From sequence record NC_029020.1: a stretch of DNA of 50,918 nt. One strand, 5' to 3'. This document shows positions 33,807 to 42,289 of the stretch, one piece after another. Position 1 is the stretch's first letter; each line of letters begins with the position of its first letter. Position numbers and translations under genes: made by a program. The notes under the pieces are model-generated. The model saw nothing but the letters and a program-made list of their open reading frames with translations. It made no database searches and had not been told where the DNA came from.

Positions 33807-34320
33807 TTTCTTTTCCGAGTACCGTGATAAGCACCCGCTTTATCACTATGTCGTTTCGTCATGGATAAGGTCGAACCCAGGGACGTTTATAGATATAATG
33901 AAAAGGTATAAGGATTGGATATGGTTGAAAGGGAAGCCAGTATTCGTCCAGATGGAATGGCGTCACCCTAATACATTAATGTTCTACGACGTTTATATGA
34001 AAGTTTGGGCACCATACAGGAATATTCCCAATAAATTCAGATACTACCACGTTTTTATAGAAATAAAAACTGGTAAATATAATGATAACTGGGTAACTCA
34101 ATTGAGAAAGCAATATCATAACAGGAAGAGTAGTAAGCTTGGGACTAGATTTGACGATTACCCTCAACTCTTGTTTATAGCTAAGAAATCAGAAATCTCT
34201 AAATTAAAACAAGAACTAGGTAGTTATCCTACTGGTTTCCTTTTATTTTTCGAATTGGATTATATAAAACCCTATATTCAGCGTGACTTGAAATCGCTCT
34301 TATACAAAAAGCTAAGCTAG
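33793..34320 (+). CDS. PD-(D/E)xK restriction-endonuclease-like nuclease
   Basis: FYDVY...VFIEIKTG followed by helix WVTQLRKQY. Confidence 0.6.
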   Translation: MRISDFFSEYRDKHPLYHYVVSSWIRSNPGTFIDIMKRYKDWIWLKGKPVFVQMEWRHPNTLMFYDVYMKVWAPYRNIPNKFRYYHVFIEIKTGKYNDNWVTQLRKQYHNRKSSKLGTRFDDYPQLLFIAKKSEISKLKQELGSYPTGFLLFFELDYIKPYIQRDLKSLLYKKLS

Positions 34321-34361
34321 CTTGACACAAATAACCACCTAGCCTCTTACATAATTTAAGC

Positions 34362-34434
34362 CTAACTCGCCAGCTTACGCTGGATCTCGACTGCATCCTT
34401 CAGTTGGGTGTATTGTATTATCCTATCCAACTTC
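34362..34434. repeat. 73-bp direct repeat, copy 2 (last 73 nt of int, including the catalytic Tyr codon and the stop)
   Basis: Identical to 32832-32904. Confidence 0.97.
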
Positions 34435-35093
34435 TTGTGGCCAGTTACCTTTGCAATGATCGCAGGGTCTGTACCACTCTTTGAGAGAAAGCTGATTAGT
34501 GCATATCGTAGTGAGTGGGTAGTACATTTCAAGTATTTTTTAGCGAACATCCTTATCCTAGCTTTTAAATCGTAGTCGGAAATCGTTAATACGAATCTGT
34601 ACGATTGTTTATTTCTTATGATACTCGGGATGATGAAGAACTTCATATTGCCTTTTTTCTCTGCCTGGAGCTGGAACTCCCTCTGCCCCGACTCCACGAA
34701 CGTCTTGAAAGCCCTGATTGCTTCGCCTATTCTTGAACCGTTAACCAGCTGTATGAGGAGGATCGCGACGTAAGCCTCGTAGGGCATCAGGTTTAGGTCG
34801 TATAACTGTTTGTAGGCTTCCGTGAGAACTTTCTTGGCCTCGAGGAAATCGACTGAATCATCCCAGGTGTGTTCTATCCTCCTCTTTCCCACTGGCTTTA
34901 AAACTTTCTTGAGTATCTCGCTTTCTTCCCTCTTTCTTTCCTTTTCTTCCTTCGGCTTCAGCCCTAGCTTTACGGCAATCATATCAATAATGTCAGTCCA
35001 GTTCTTCTCCCTGGCTTCCTGTAAATACTCTAAAAGTTTAGGGGAGTTATCGGGAAGATTCAAGATAATTTGTTTAAGCTCCTCTTTATCCAT
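34362..35093 (-). CDS. int: Tyrosine recombinase / integrase
   Basis: Catalytic residues: GSRIGEA (R), HSLR (H-x-x-R), TGH (H), IIQYT (Y). Confidence 0.93.
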   Translation of the reverse strand: MDKEELKQIILNLPDNSPKLLEYLQEAREKNWTDIIDMIAVKLGLKPKEEKERKREESEILKKVLKPVGKRRIEHTWDDSVDFLEAKKVLTEAYKQLYDLNLMPYEAYVAILLIQLVNGSRIGEAIRAFKTFVESGQREFQLQAEKKGNMKFFIIPSIIRNKQSYRFVLTISDYDLKARIRMFAKKYLKCTTHSLRYALISFLSKSGTDPAIIAKVTGHKKLDRIIQYTQLKDAVEIQRKLAS

Positions 35094-35212
35094 TTCTCTT
35101 CAACCTCCAAAATTGAATTTTGCTCCTATCAGATTGCCTTATCTCTCCTGGGGTTGACATTTCTCTTTTTCCCGTTATATCCTCAGAAAGAGAAATATAA
35201 AAACTTCACGGC

Positions 35213-35238
35213 GTTTCTCTTAGACCCGTAAGAGAAAC
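35213..35238. terminator. Perfect 10-bp stem-loop downstream of 35248..35541
   Basis: GTTTCTCTTA-GACCCG-TAAGAGAAAC. Confidence 0.5.
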
Positions 35239-35247
35239 AAAATTAGG

Positions 35248-35541
35248 TCAATTGGCTTTTCTACTTCCCATTGCTTTCTCTGCAAATTTTTCGGCTATAT
35301 TCACAATCAACATAACAAGAACCATTAGAAAGGAATCTATAATCAATTGAACCTCTAGGAAAATGCCGACTGAATTTAATCGAATTGAATTAGATATTAC
35401 TTTAGTGTAGATGTTGTTTATATATATCAAATTGACGATTTCTATTATAAAAATTAATACAGCCGAACCCCGCATGATAAGGAGGTTTCTCTTACTTCTT
35501 TTATCTTCTTGATCCGAAAGAGGATTAGGGGATTGAGACAT
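35248..35541 (-). CDS. Small two-TM membrane protein under the conserved promoter cassette
   Basis: 97 aa, two hydrophobic helices. Confidence 0.65.
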   Translation of the reverse strand: MSQSPNPLSDQEDKRSKRNLLIMRGSAVLIFIIEIVNLIYINNIYTKVISNSIRLNSVGIFLEVQLIIDSFLMVLVMLIVNIAEKFAEKAMGSRKAN

Positions 35542-35569
35542 TTTACTCGAGATATCTCTTTGATGAACT

Positions 35570-35622
35570 GATATTTAAGCTTTCTGCCTGACTGGTAAGG
35601 TAGAAAAAAGGCTATTGGCTTT
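35570..35622 (-). promoter_or_regulatory. Conserved promoter cassette A (palindromic operator plus BRE/TATA)
   Basis: Minus strand ...CCTTACCAGTCAGGCAGAAAGCTTAAATATC; 53 bp identical to 36897-36949. Confidence 0.85.
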
Positions 35623-35631
35623 TACCATCAC

Positions 35632-36423
35632 TTAGAATGTTAATGTGCTACACAATGGGCATTTGTAAGTCCTCCCGAAACGTTTCAAGTATTCCTCAGG
35701 ATCCTTTTGAATATCTCGGAAGTATATCCTTTGGTGGTTGTAAAATAACCCCGACCCTCCTTTCCTCAGCTTAGCCTCAGCCTCTACGAACTTTTGGAAG
35801 AACTCTGGGTTCTTTAACGCTAGCACTGCAAAATCTGCTGGTGTCTTGTAAGCAGAGCACCAACAATCGTAAGCTTTTCCGTAAATGTCATAAAGTGGGT
35901 TCTTCTTCAGACCGTTAACCTTTATGTACTCCTCTACATCTTTTTCTGAAAATTCGAAAATAGGAGCATACGTATAAACTTGGAATTTGGGGTGTAAATA
36001 AAATTTCACGGCACGGCTTTTCATCCAACTCTCGTCCTTTCTTACTCCCGTGATAAGGACTATTTCCTCTTTATCCTTGCCCTTCAAGAAGTCTTGTAGA
36101 GGCTCTAGTTTGAGGTAATGTTTACACCACCTCTTTGTCAGTGTAGGGAAACCTATCTTGTTCACCAACTCAAAATAGTTGTATTTGGGCCCTATAATGG
36201 TAAGCTCAATGCCCAACTCTTTAGTCACTTCTTTTACGTAATCCAATAACCCTGGTGTTGCGATACCCGTGTTAATGAATAATGCCTTTGTCTTTTCAGG
36301 ATAAATGGAGTGCGTCAAGTGTAGTGTCACCAATGAGTCTTTGCCACCGCTGAACATGACATAGATTTCTTTAAACCCGAGTAGGATCTTCTTAGCCTCT
36401 TCCTTAACTGCTAGCAGATCCAT
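35632..36423 (-). CDS. PAPS reductase / DndC-like adenine-nucleotide alpha-hydrolase family protein
   Basis: PP-loop FSGGKDS, WCKHYLKLEP, ITGVRKDES, YDCWC, C-terminal CPLC. Confidence 0.88.
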   Translation of the reverse strand: MDLLAVKEEAKKILLGFKEIYVMFSGGKDSLVTLHLTHSIYPEKTKALFINTGIATPGLLDYVKEVTKELGIELTIIGPKYNYFELVNKIGFPTLTKRWCKHYLKLEPLQDFLKGKDKEEIVLITGVRKDESWMKSRAVKFYLHPKFQVYTYAPIFEFSEKDVEEYIKVNGLKKNPLYDIYGKAYDCWCSAYKTPADFAVLALKNPEFFQKFVEAEAKLRKGGSGLFYNHQRIYFRDIQKDPEEYLKRFGRTYKCPLCSTLTF

Positions 36424-36865
36424 GACCTCCCCCTCCCCTTCCCCAATGGAGCGGATGCATCGGGTTGGTTGCGATTGATATACTATCGAGATATATCATG
36501 ATATCGTCGTACTGAGTCATATGGTACTTCAGATATATCACAATATTTTTGTAAAAGTGCCAATATTCTTCATAGATCTTCAACGCAATATATTTTCTAG
36601 ATCTCGCTATTAGCCTTTCTGCTCCATCAAAATAGAAGAATCCTAAATCATCTTCCAGTAGTTGCAAAAACTTCCTAAACTCGTCCTCAGAAAGAGGCAT
36701 ATATCTGTCGAAATCGAAATAGGTATAGATCCTTCCGTCCTCTATCTCTGGGCCCCTTATTTCGAATTTTATGCCTCTTGCCTTCAAAAATTCCTTAATG
36801 GATTCGGTTACATTTTCCCAATCATCCCTTATTTCCTTAGGGATTTCGATCTGAATTTCCGCCAT
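36404..36865 (-). CDS. Acidic small protein, candidate AcrID1-family anti-CRISPR (paralog 1)
   Basis: FDFDRYMPLSEDEFRKF and EYWHFYKNIVIYLKY..DDIMIYL resemble remembered AcrID1 FFDPEVEISKQEFEDL / EWWEFENQYLEFELDY..DEKIFV; paralogous to 38626..39015. Confidence 0.55.
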   Translation of the reverse strand: MAEIQIEIPKEIRDDWENVTESIKEFLKARGIKFEIRGPEIEDGRIYTYFDFDRYMPLSEDEFRKFLQLLEDDLGFFYFDGAERLIARSRKYIALKIYEEYWHFYKNIVIYLKYHMTQYDDIMIYLDSISIATNPMHPLHWGRGGGGHGSASS

Positions 36866-36877
36866 TTGATCCCGCGA

Positions 36878-36949
36878 GATATCTTCTGCCGAAATAGATA
36901 TTTAAGCTTTCTGCCTGACTGGTAAGGTAGAAAAAAGGCTATTGGCTTT
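36878..36949 (-). promoter_or_regulatory. Conserved promoter cassette B
   Basis: GATATCTTCTGCCGAAATAGATATTTAAGCTTTCTGCCTGACTGGTAAGGTAGAAAAAAG; nearly identical to C, and its 53-bp right part is identical to A. Confidence 0.85.
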
Positions 36950-37349
36950 GGGTTTCTCCTTCATCATCGACAAACAGCTGGTTGTTAAGACCCATCCCAT
37001 CGCCTTCCTTCGGCCTGAACACGATCTGCATATTTTCGGGAACTAAGTACGGGTCGAGATCTACGACGGGCTTGGCCAGCTCGCTTGGGATTGATATGTA
37101 ATACTGCGTAAAGACCTTTCCGTTCTTTTTTTCTCGTTTAATCAACCATCTTAATCGGATTCTTAGACCTTTTTTGGCATATCTTCGGTTGGGTTTGAAT
37201 TCTATTATATTATTTTTAATATTGAAATACGGCACATAATTGATTAGGAACACCGCTGACCTGCTGGTGACGTTTATGTATCTTAACATATACTCTTTCC
37301 CATTTTTCCTGTTTATCTTTACCCTCCACCTCAGCTTGACTTCGACCAT
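36939..37349 (-). CDS. Basic protein with two tandem AbrB/SpoVT-like swapped-hairpin repeats; candidate regulator
   Basis: VKLRWRVKINRKNGKEYMLRYINV / IRLRWLIKREKKNGKVFTQYYISIP. Confidence 0.55.
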   Translation of the reverse strand: MVEVKLRWRVKINRKNGKEYMLRYINVTSRSAVFLINYVPYFNIKNNIIEFKPNRRYAKKGLRIRLRWLIKREKKNGKVFTQYYISIPSELAKPVVDLDPYLVPENMQIVFRPKEGDGMGLNNQLFVDDEGETQSQ

Positions 37350-37380
37350 GCTTTCCTATTATTGTATTGATATGAAACCC

Positions 37381-37410
37381 TATAAATATACCTTACCTGT
37401 CAGGCAGAAA
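37381..37410 (-). promoter_or_regulatory. Promoter cassette E with the operator inverted relative to A/B/C
   Basis: Minus strand TTTCTGCCTGACAGGTAAGG directly followed by TATATTTATA, 31 nt upstream of ATG 37349. Confidence 0.75.
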
Positions 37411-37522
37411 GAAGGGGAAAGAAAAAATATTGAACTGACGTAACAGTTTGATTGCAGAGGGGTTAACACCCAACAAACAAAGTGCCACGTCAAAAAGCGT
37501 GGCGAGGTAAAAATCGTAAACT

Positions 37523-38041
37523 TTACCGCACCGGATTTAGGCAGATAGGATATTCATATTCCTTTTCGTACTCCTCGTAAGCCTCGTCTTCGTTTCCAGG
37601 GTTTTTCATCTCCTCTATTAACTTATTGATGAAATCCCTGCTGAAAGTGTTTATGACAAGCAGAGCCCTTCGTTCATTACAAATTACGTTCCCGTTCTCT
37701 ATCTTTTCAATCCTATCGCAGAAGTCGAATATCATGTATTCACTTGATAACGATGCCAATTTCTCTCTAGGAATTTTCAGATCTATAGGAAAATATGAAC
37801 CGTCGTTGTCTATCACCAGGCTACAAAACACGACACATTTGTTACCTTTCCTGTCCTTGTATAAGTGCAGAGACGCAAGGATTAGAGGAAATGCCGAATG
37901 AGGGATATCCCCGAAATATACCACTACTGGCTTGTTTTCCGAATTTAACGCGAAAATGGCGACCCTCTTTCCGAGATTATTTACGACAATCTTTAACTCG
38001 TTGGGGTCGACACCTCCTAATTTTATCCCTACTTCCGCCAT
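37523..38041 (-). CDS. Hypothetical protein, 172 aa, under cassette C; candidate anti-defence gene
   Basis: ORF track; acidic C-terminus; begins MAE like the cassette B gene. Confidence 0.7.
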   Translation of the reverse strand: MAEVGIKLGGVDPNELKIVVNNLGKRVAIFALNSENKPVVVYFGDIPHSAFPLILASLHLYKDRKGNKCVVFCSLVIDNDGSYFPIDLKIPREKLASLSSEYMIFDFCDRIEKIENGNVICNERRALLVINTFSRDFINKLIEEMKNPGNEDEAYEEYEKEYEYPICLNPVR

Positions 38042-38055
38042 TTATGTCCCCGCAA

Positions 38056-38114
38056 GATATCTTCTGCCGAAATAGATATTTAAACTTTCTGCCTGACTAG
38101 TAAGGTAGAAAAAG
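38056..38114 (-). promoter_or_regulatory. Conserved promoter cassette C
   Basis: GATATCTTCTGCCGAAATAGATATTTAAACTTTCTGCCTGACTAGTAAGGTAGAAAAAG. Confidence 0.85.
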
Positions 38115-38186
38115 CCTTAGACCCTAACGGCCCTTAGGCGGGCATCTCTTATTTATAAACCGAATCGGGACAAGTAGATAATTGTA

Positions 38187-38492
38187 ATGGGAATCTTAGA
38201 AGAAGTCCAAAACGCCTTGGCGTACTATCAAAAAACAGCAGTTAGCGAAAAAGATTCCCTGTACCTCCACAACATCTACTCGCAGTTGTACTACATTTTA
38301 ACCGTAGAAAACAGACCGCTTGGTGCCGATGAGTTCGACAGCCTGTTGAAAGCCTTAGGGGTAAACGACACAACGCTACTGGTGCAGGAATACCAGTCCT
38401 TAACCGATGAACAGAAGAAGCAGATCCTCATGCAGATCCTGCAAATGATAGAAAGCGTGATGAGGAATATACATACAATGGTAAACTACTAA
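38187..38492 (+). CDS. Hypothetical helical protein, 101 aa
   Basis: ORF track; TATA TTTATAAA at ~38152. Confidence 0.65.
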   Translation: MGILEEVQNALAYYQKTAVSEKDSLYLHNIYSQLYYILTVENRPLGADEFDSLLKALGVNDTTLLVQEYQSLTDEQKKQILMQILQMIESVMRNIHTMVNY

Positions 38493-38625
38493 TTCCCTCC
38501 TTAAGAATTAAGAATTTTTTCGTTTTCCCTTCTAGTCTTGCGTCTGCTCCCCGCCGGGCTTCCCCGATATACAGCTGTTTAAAGCTTAAATTATAAAGGC
38601 CGGCAAGATGTTACCTCGATAGCAA

Positions 38626-39015
38626 ATGAACGGAAACGAGATAGTAGAAGAAATTTTAGAATTCCTAAATAAAAAAGGTGCTAAGTTCGATATAGATCAG
38701 TTCGAAACCGAAAACAAAACGCTCAAACTTGAAGTAGAATTCCCGAAACCTATAATTCTAACTGAAACGGAATACGATATGCTGTATGATCTTCTGAAGA
38801 GCTTAGGGTTCTATCCTGTAAACGGGGCCGAAAACAAGATAAACGAATATGTAGGGTATAAAAATTATACAGGAATAGAAGAATTCGAAAACGATGCAGG
38901 AGACAAAATATGGTTAGAATACAACAAGGTTTCGGTGGGAGGAGAGACTACTTATTTTGTTAAAAATGTAGAAGTCGAGCTCAATACGGAAGAATTCATG
39001 AACCTGCTTTTCTAA
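38626..39015 (+). CDS. Acidic small protein, candidate AcrID1-family anti-CRISPR (paralog 2)
   Basis: IVEEILEFLNKKGAKFDI..LTETEY..LL..LGF...GAENKI aligns with 36404..36865; contains EEFEN; promoter AAAGCTTAAATT at 38581. Confidence 0.55.
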   Translation: MNGNEIVEEILEFLNKKGAKFDIDQFETENKTLKLEVEFPKPIILTETEYDMLYDLLKSLGFYPVNGAENKINEYVGYKNYTGIEEFENDAGDKIWLEYNKVSVGGETTYFVKNVEVELNTEEFMNLLF

Positions 39016-39272
39016 ACCCTGAAAGCATCATTTTATTTTTTATCTTTAATAAGAAAGCCAGTTTTTCAGCTATAGAGTTCTTGAAAAGTCGCGGTTCAGT
39101 CTGCTAAACATACGGTTGAGGCGAAATCATGGCAAGCCTAACGAGGTTACGGTAAGTTACGCGTCTTAGAACGTCTGGGAATCAACCCCTTAGTCGAAAT
39201 AGAAAAAAGAATAATATATTTAAAAAGAAAAAATTGGCTTCAAAAAGAGAATACGAGACGGCACGTGCTTTT

Positions 39273-40196
39273 CTACGTGATTATTTTGATGCTGAAAATG
39301 CGTGAAGATGGATTAAATAATAAAATTCGTAACCTTTCATGCTTCAGCTTTTTGACGAATCTCTGATTGTTGACCTTGTAATCAACAACGAAGCGTTTGA
39401 GCCCGGTTATGTAATCCGGCAACGTTTTATATAACTTGACCGCCTCCTCCCTTTTACCGTCCTTCAGAAGTAACAGTACAACGGCTACCTTGACCAATAT
39501 CGGGTTGTACAGCTTTAGCAATTTATCAAGGAGATTAACATACCCGTATTTGCTCAGGAGCTCGTACGTATACTGCCTTAGCTTTCGCATTTTCGTCTTT
39601 AGTAAACCCTGCATTTCTTCCTTCGTTAAGCCGAGCTTCTCTTTCAGGACGTAACTTAATTCGAACATGGCATCGGATAGTTTCTGTTTTATTGTGTCCT
39701 CATCATCAGTTGAGAAATTACCGATTAGCTGAATGATGCGGTCTGGCTCGACGTCGCAATACTGAATAGCAAAAGCACCCAATATGTAGAGCTTGTTTGG
39801 AATTTTCCTGCGGAGCATCTTTTGTGCTATTCGCCTGAAGAGGGCTTTCTGTGCAGAGTCCGAAATTAACAAAGAAACCCTATATGCAAAGGAATAATAT
39901 TTCAGTCTCGTGTCGTATTCTACAGGGATCGTGCTGATTCCACCGTACGGTAAAAATGTATTTGCGGGACGATAATGGGTATAAATTTTATATACTATGT
40001 TGAACCTGCTTGACGAATCGTCTATTCCTTCTAAATTGCTGGCGAAGTACTTCTCGTAGTCGTAGCCGATTACTTCTCCGTTGTCCGCACAGACGAGATA
40101 TATGCCGTGAGTCACGATTTGTTTACACTGAACACTTTCAGACTGGTCAAAAAACATTTGGCCGAAAGTTTGAGTTTGAACGACTGCTTCTGTCAT
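39273..40196 (-). CDS. Hypothetical protein, 307 aa
   Basis: Long ORF. Confidence 0.7.
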   Translation of the reverse strand: MTEAVVQTQTFGQMFFDQSESVQCKQIVTHGIYLVCADNGEVIGYDYEKYFASNLEGIDDSSSRFNIVYKIYTHYRPANTFLPYGGISTIPVEYDTRLKYYSFAYRVSLLISDSAQKALFRRIAQKMLRRKIPNKLYILGAFAIQYCDVEPDRIIQLIGNFSTDDEDTIKQKLSDAMFELSYVLKEKLGLTKEEMQGLLKTKMRKLRQYTYELLSKYGYVNLLDKLLKLYNPILVKVAVVLLLLKDGKREEAVKLYKTLPDYITGLKRFVVDYKVNNQRFVKKLKHERLRILLFNPSSRIFSIKIIT

Positions 40197-40330
40197 ACCG
40201 AGTCAATTATGGCCGGGGACTGTTTAAAAAGTAATACTGTAGTGAAATGCATAATACCGTAGAATGGGTCTAATCAGAAAAAATTGAATTTGTTGTTAAA
40301 TTATAAATTACAAACTCGTCAGCGTAATTA

Positions 40331-40552
40331 TCACTTTTCTGCTTTCAACAATATCTCGTAAGGGCTTGGAACGTTGTAAATTAAAGATTTAAGATTTTCT
40401 AGTATTTTCGATATTCCATCATATACGCTGTCATACTTAGGATTNTCTTCGCTGAGATAAAAGTAATCTTTTTCTAAATCCTTAAAATACCTTAAAATCT
40501 CTTCCAAAGACCTTTTGTACTGTTCATAATGTTTGTCTGCATTGTCCAGCAA
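40331..40552 (-). CDS. Small helical hypothetical protein (probably the 3' part of a gene starting ~40668, disrupted by Ns or a frameshift)
   Basis: ORF track; upstream promoter at ~40700 and ATG at ~40668. Confidence 0.45.
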   Translation of the reverse strand: MLDNADKHYEQYKRSLEEILRYFKDLEKDYFYLSEXNPKYDSVYDGISKILENLKSLIYNVPSPYEILLKAEK

Positions 40553-40745
40553 TGTAAGTAACTTAAGTTAGCTCTTTCTCCTTTAATAATGTAAGAACGC
40601 TCTTACCTTCAGTGGTCGAATTTTGNTTANNGTTTTCTGTACTTTGTTCGTCCCAGAACTCCTGAGCCATACTTATCCCATGCTGATTCTCTCAAACGGC
40701 TGTATAAAAGCTTTATGTCGGAAAGCATATAATGGATCGGTGTTT

Positions 40746-41003
40746 TCATTCCTCTGGGATTATTTCCTTGATGTAAGCCTTATGGATGTATGTGGTTCTA
40801 TTTGACATGTCTACAAATTCTATGAAGTATTTTTGATTGTCGTTTATCTTACCCTCTATCGTGGAACCGTCGTGAAAAACTATTCTGCATGCCTTCCCTA
40901 CCCACTTCTTCCCGAAATCGCCGAACTCCTTAACGCCGTTTTTCTGCTCCTGCTTCATNTTCATNTTTTGCTTCAAGCTTTTCACCCCGATGCCCGAATT
41001 CAA
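40746..41003 (-). CDS. Sm/Lsm/Hfq-like fold protein
   Basis: WVGKACRIVFHDGSTIEGKINDNQKYFIEF...TTYIHKAYIKEIIP matches the Sm1 (V.I.L.NG..L.G.I) and Hfq Sm2 (MVYKHAISTVVP) patterns. Confidence 0.65.
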   Translation of the reverse strand: MNSGIGVKSLKQXMXMKQEQKNGVKEFGDFGKKWVGKACRIVFHDGSTIEGKINDNQKYFIEFVDMSNRTTYIHKAYIKEIIPEE

Positions 41004-41170
41004 ATTTAGCNGATTAGGTTTTTAAAGNANGNNGNCTGGTGCTTTCCTATNTGCCTCAAACGGCTGTTTGAGCCTGCCTCAGGCTATAAGCCCGTAATCC
41101 GTATGATTCTGACGGGCGAAAATATTAAAAACCGGGATGTGCTAAAATATACGAAAAGGAGGCCAGAAAA

Positions 41171-41737
41171 ATGCAGGCTAAACCAAGTTACATAGACCCG
41201 ACCTCAATAAATAAGCTTTTCGGTCAAGCTCCTTTCAGGTCTGAAAAGGTCGCCAAGATATTTGAGNTNCTNAGCCTGGGCAGACCGATGTTAGCGAGGG
41301 ATCTGGCAGAGGCAATTAACGTCCCTTCGAAGCAGATCCTGCCGAGGCTGAAGAGGTACATCCAGAGGGGATGGGTCGCCGTCCAGAAGGTAAACAACAT
41401 CAACATCTATTCCCTCACCGAGACGGCCAGGAANATATTGAAGCTACAGGGCAGTTTCGANAAGGTAAGGGAGAAGGCCGAGAAGGTCTTAGGGAGGAAG
41501 CTGGAAAGCGACGAGCTGGAGATCCTGAAGTTCTTCTATAAGGAGCAGAGGTACATAGAGAACTCTCCGAATGAGACGATTGCAGAGCAGGTGTGGCACT
41601 CCGTCGGGATGAAGATCCCCTTGTCAAGGGTACAGGAAATACTAACCGAGTTCACGCTGAGAGGGATCCTGTTCGCCTTCAGGCTGAAGAACGGGCAGAT
41701 CTTGAAGGTGAGGCTGAACAGNAACCTCCTTCTCTAG
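41171..41737 (+). CDS. Tandem winged-helix DNA-binding protein
   Basis: ARDLAEAINVPSKQILPRLKRYIQRGWV...YSLT plus a second wHTH-like half (LSRVQEILTEFTLRGIL). Confidence 0.75.
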   Translation: MQAKPSYIDPTSINKLFGQAPFRSEKVAKIFEXXSLGRPMLARDLAEAINVPSKQILPRLKRYIQRGWVAVQKVNNINIYSLTETARXILKLQGSFXKVREKAEKVLGRKLESDELEILKFFYKEQRYIENSPNETIAEQVWHSVGMKIPLSRVQEILTEFTLRGILFAFRLKNGQILKVRLNXNLLL

Positions 41738-42158
41738 CTAAAGAAGGGCTAATGGACGCCTAATTCTATACACCATTTTTCTCAATTTAGTAATAAAAAT
41801 TCTAAGCAACGTACCTTCCCGCCGTAAATTGTAAAAGCCTGCTTTACGGCGAAAGTAATTATTTGTATAAAGCCCGCGNTCTANCGGCGTAAATNCAAAA
41901 TNCNCTAAAAGGAGATATATTATAATTACTACTACCCCGCTTTTNGCGACCGCTANGCGTGCNGGCCGGCGTTCTTTTGGTGCCGTTGGTTTTACGCGTT
42001 TTTACGGAGACTAGCTTACACTGTTGTTAGACTAATTGAGTTTTTNCTTTTACAGCNGGAGAAATTATTTGGTAGGGTAATGCGTAGTGTGAGCGGGCTT
42101 TACTACCTGCTTATACTAATTGCCTGTATGCTCGCTATATTCCGGTCAGACCTCACAA

Positions 42159-42240
42159 CTCTCCAGTAGTAGTTATTGCAAGCGGTTTGCCGGATTGACT
42201 GGAGATCGTCAAACCGTCTGGCCCTCAAACAGCCGTTTAA
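42159..42240 (+). repeat. ori-like element 1 upstream of Rep
   Basis: 21-bp CTCTCCAGTAGTAGTTATTGC, hairpin CGGTTTG..CAAACCG, then TCAAACAGCCGT; homologous to 43378-43457. Confidence 0.85.
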
Positions 42241-42289
42241 CTGATCTAAAACACATTAACGTTATTAAACCCTAAAACCGACATAGATT

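Noticed and set aside
35094-35247. tRNA-derived attP next to the integrase
   Set aside because: No T-loop (GGTTCRAATCC) or tRNA 3' half is visible here. GTTCGAGA at ~47546 lacks a tRNA stem context.
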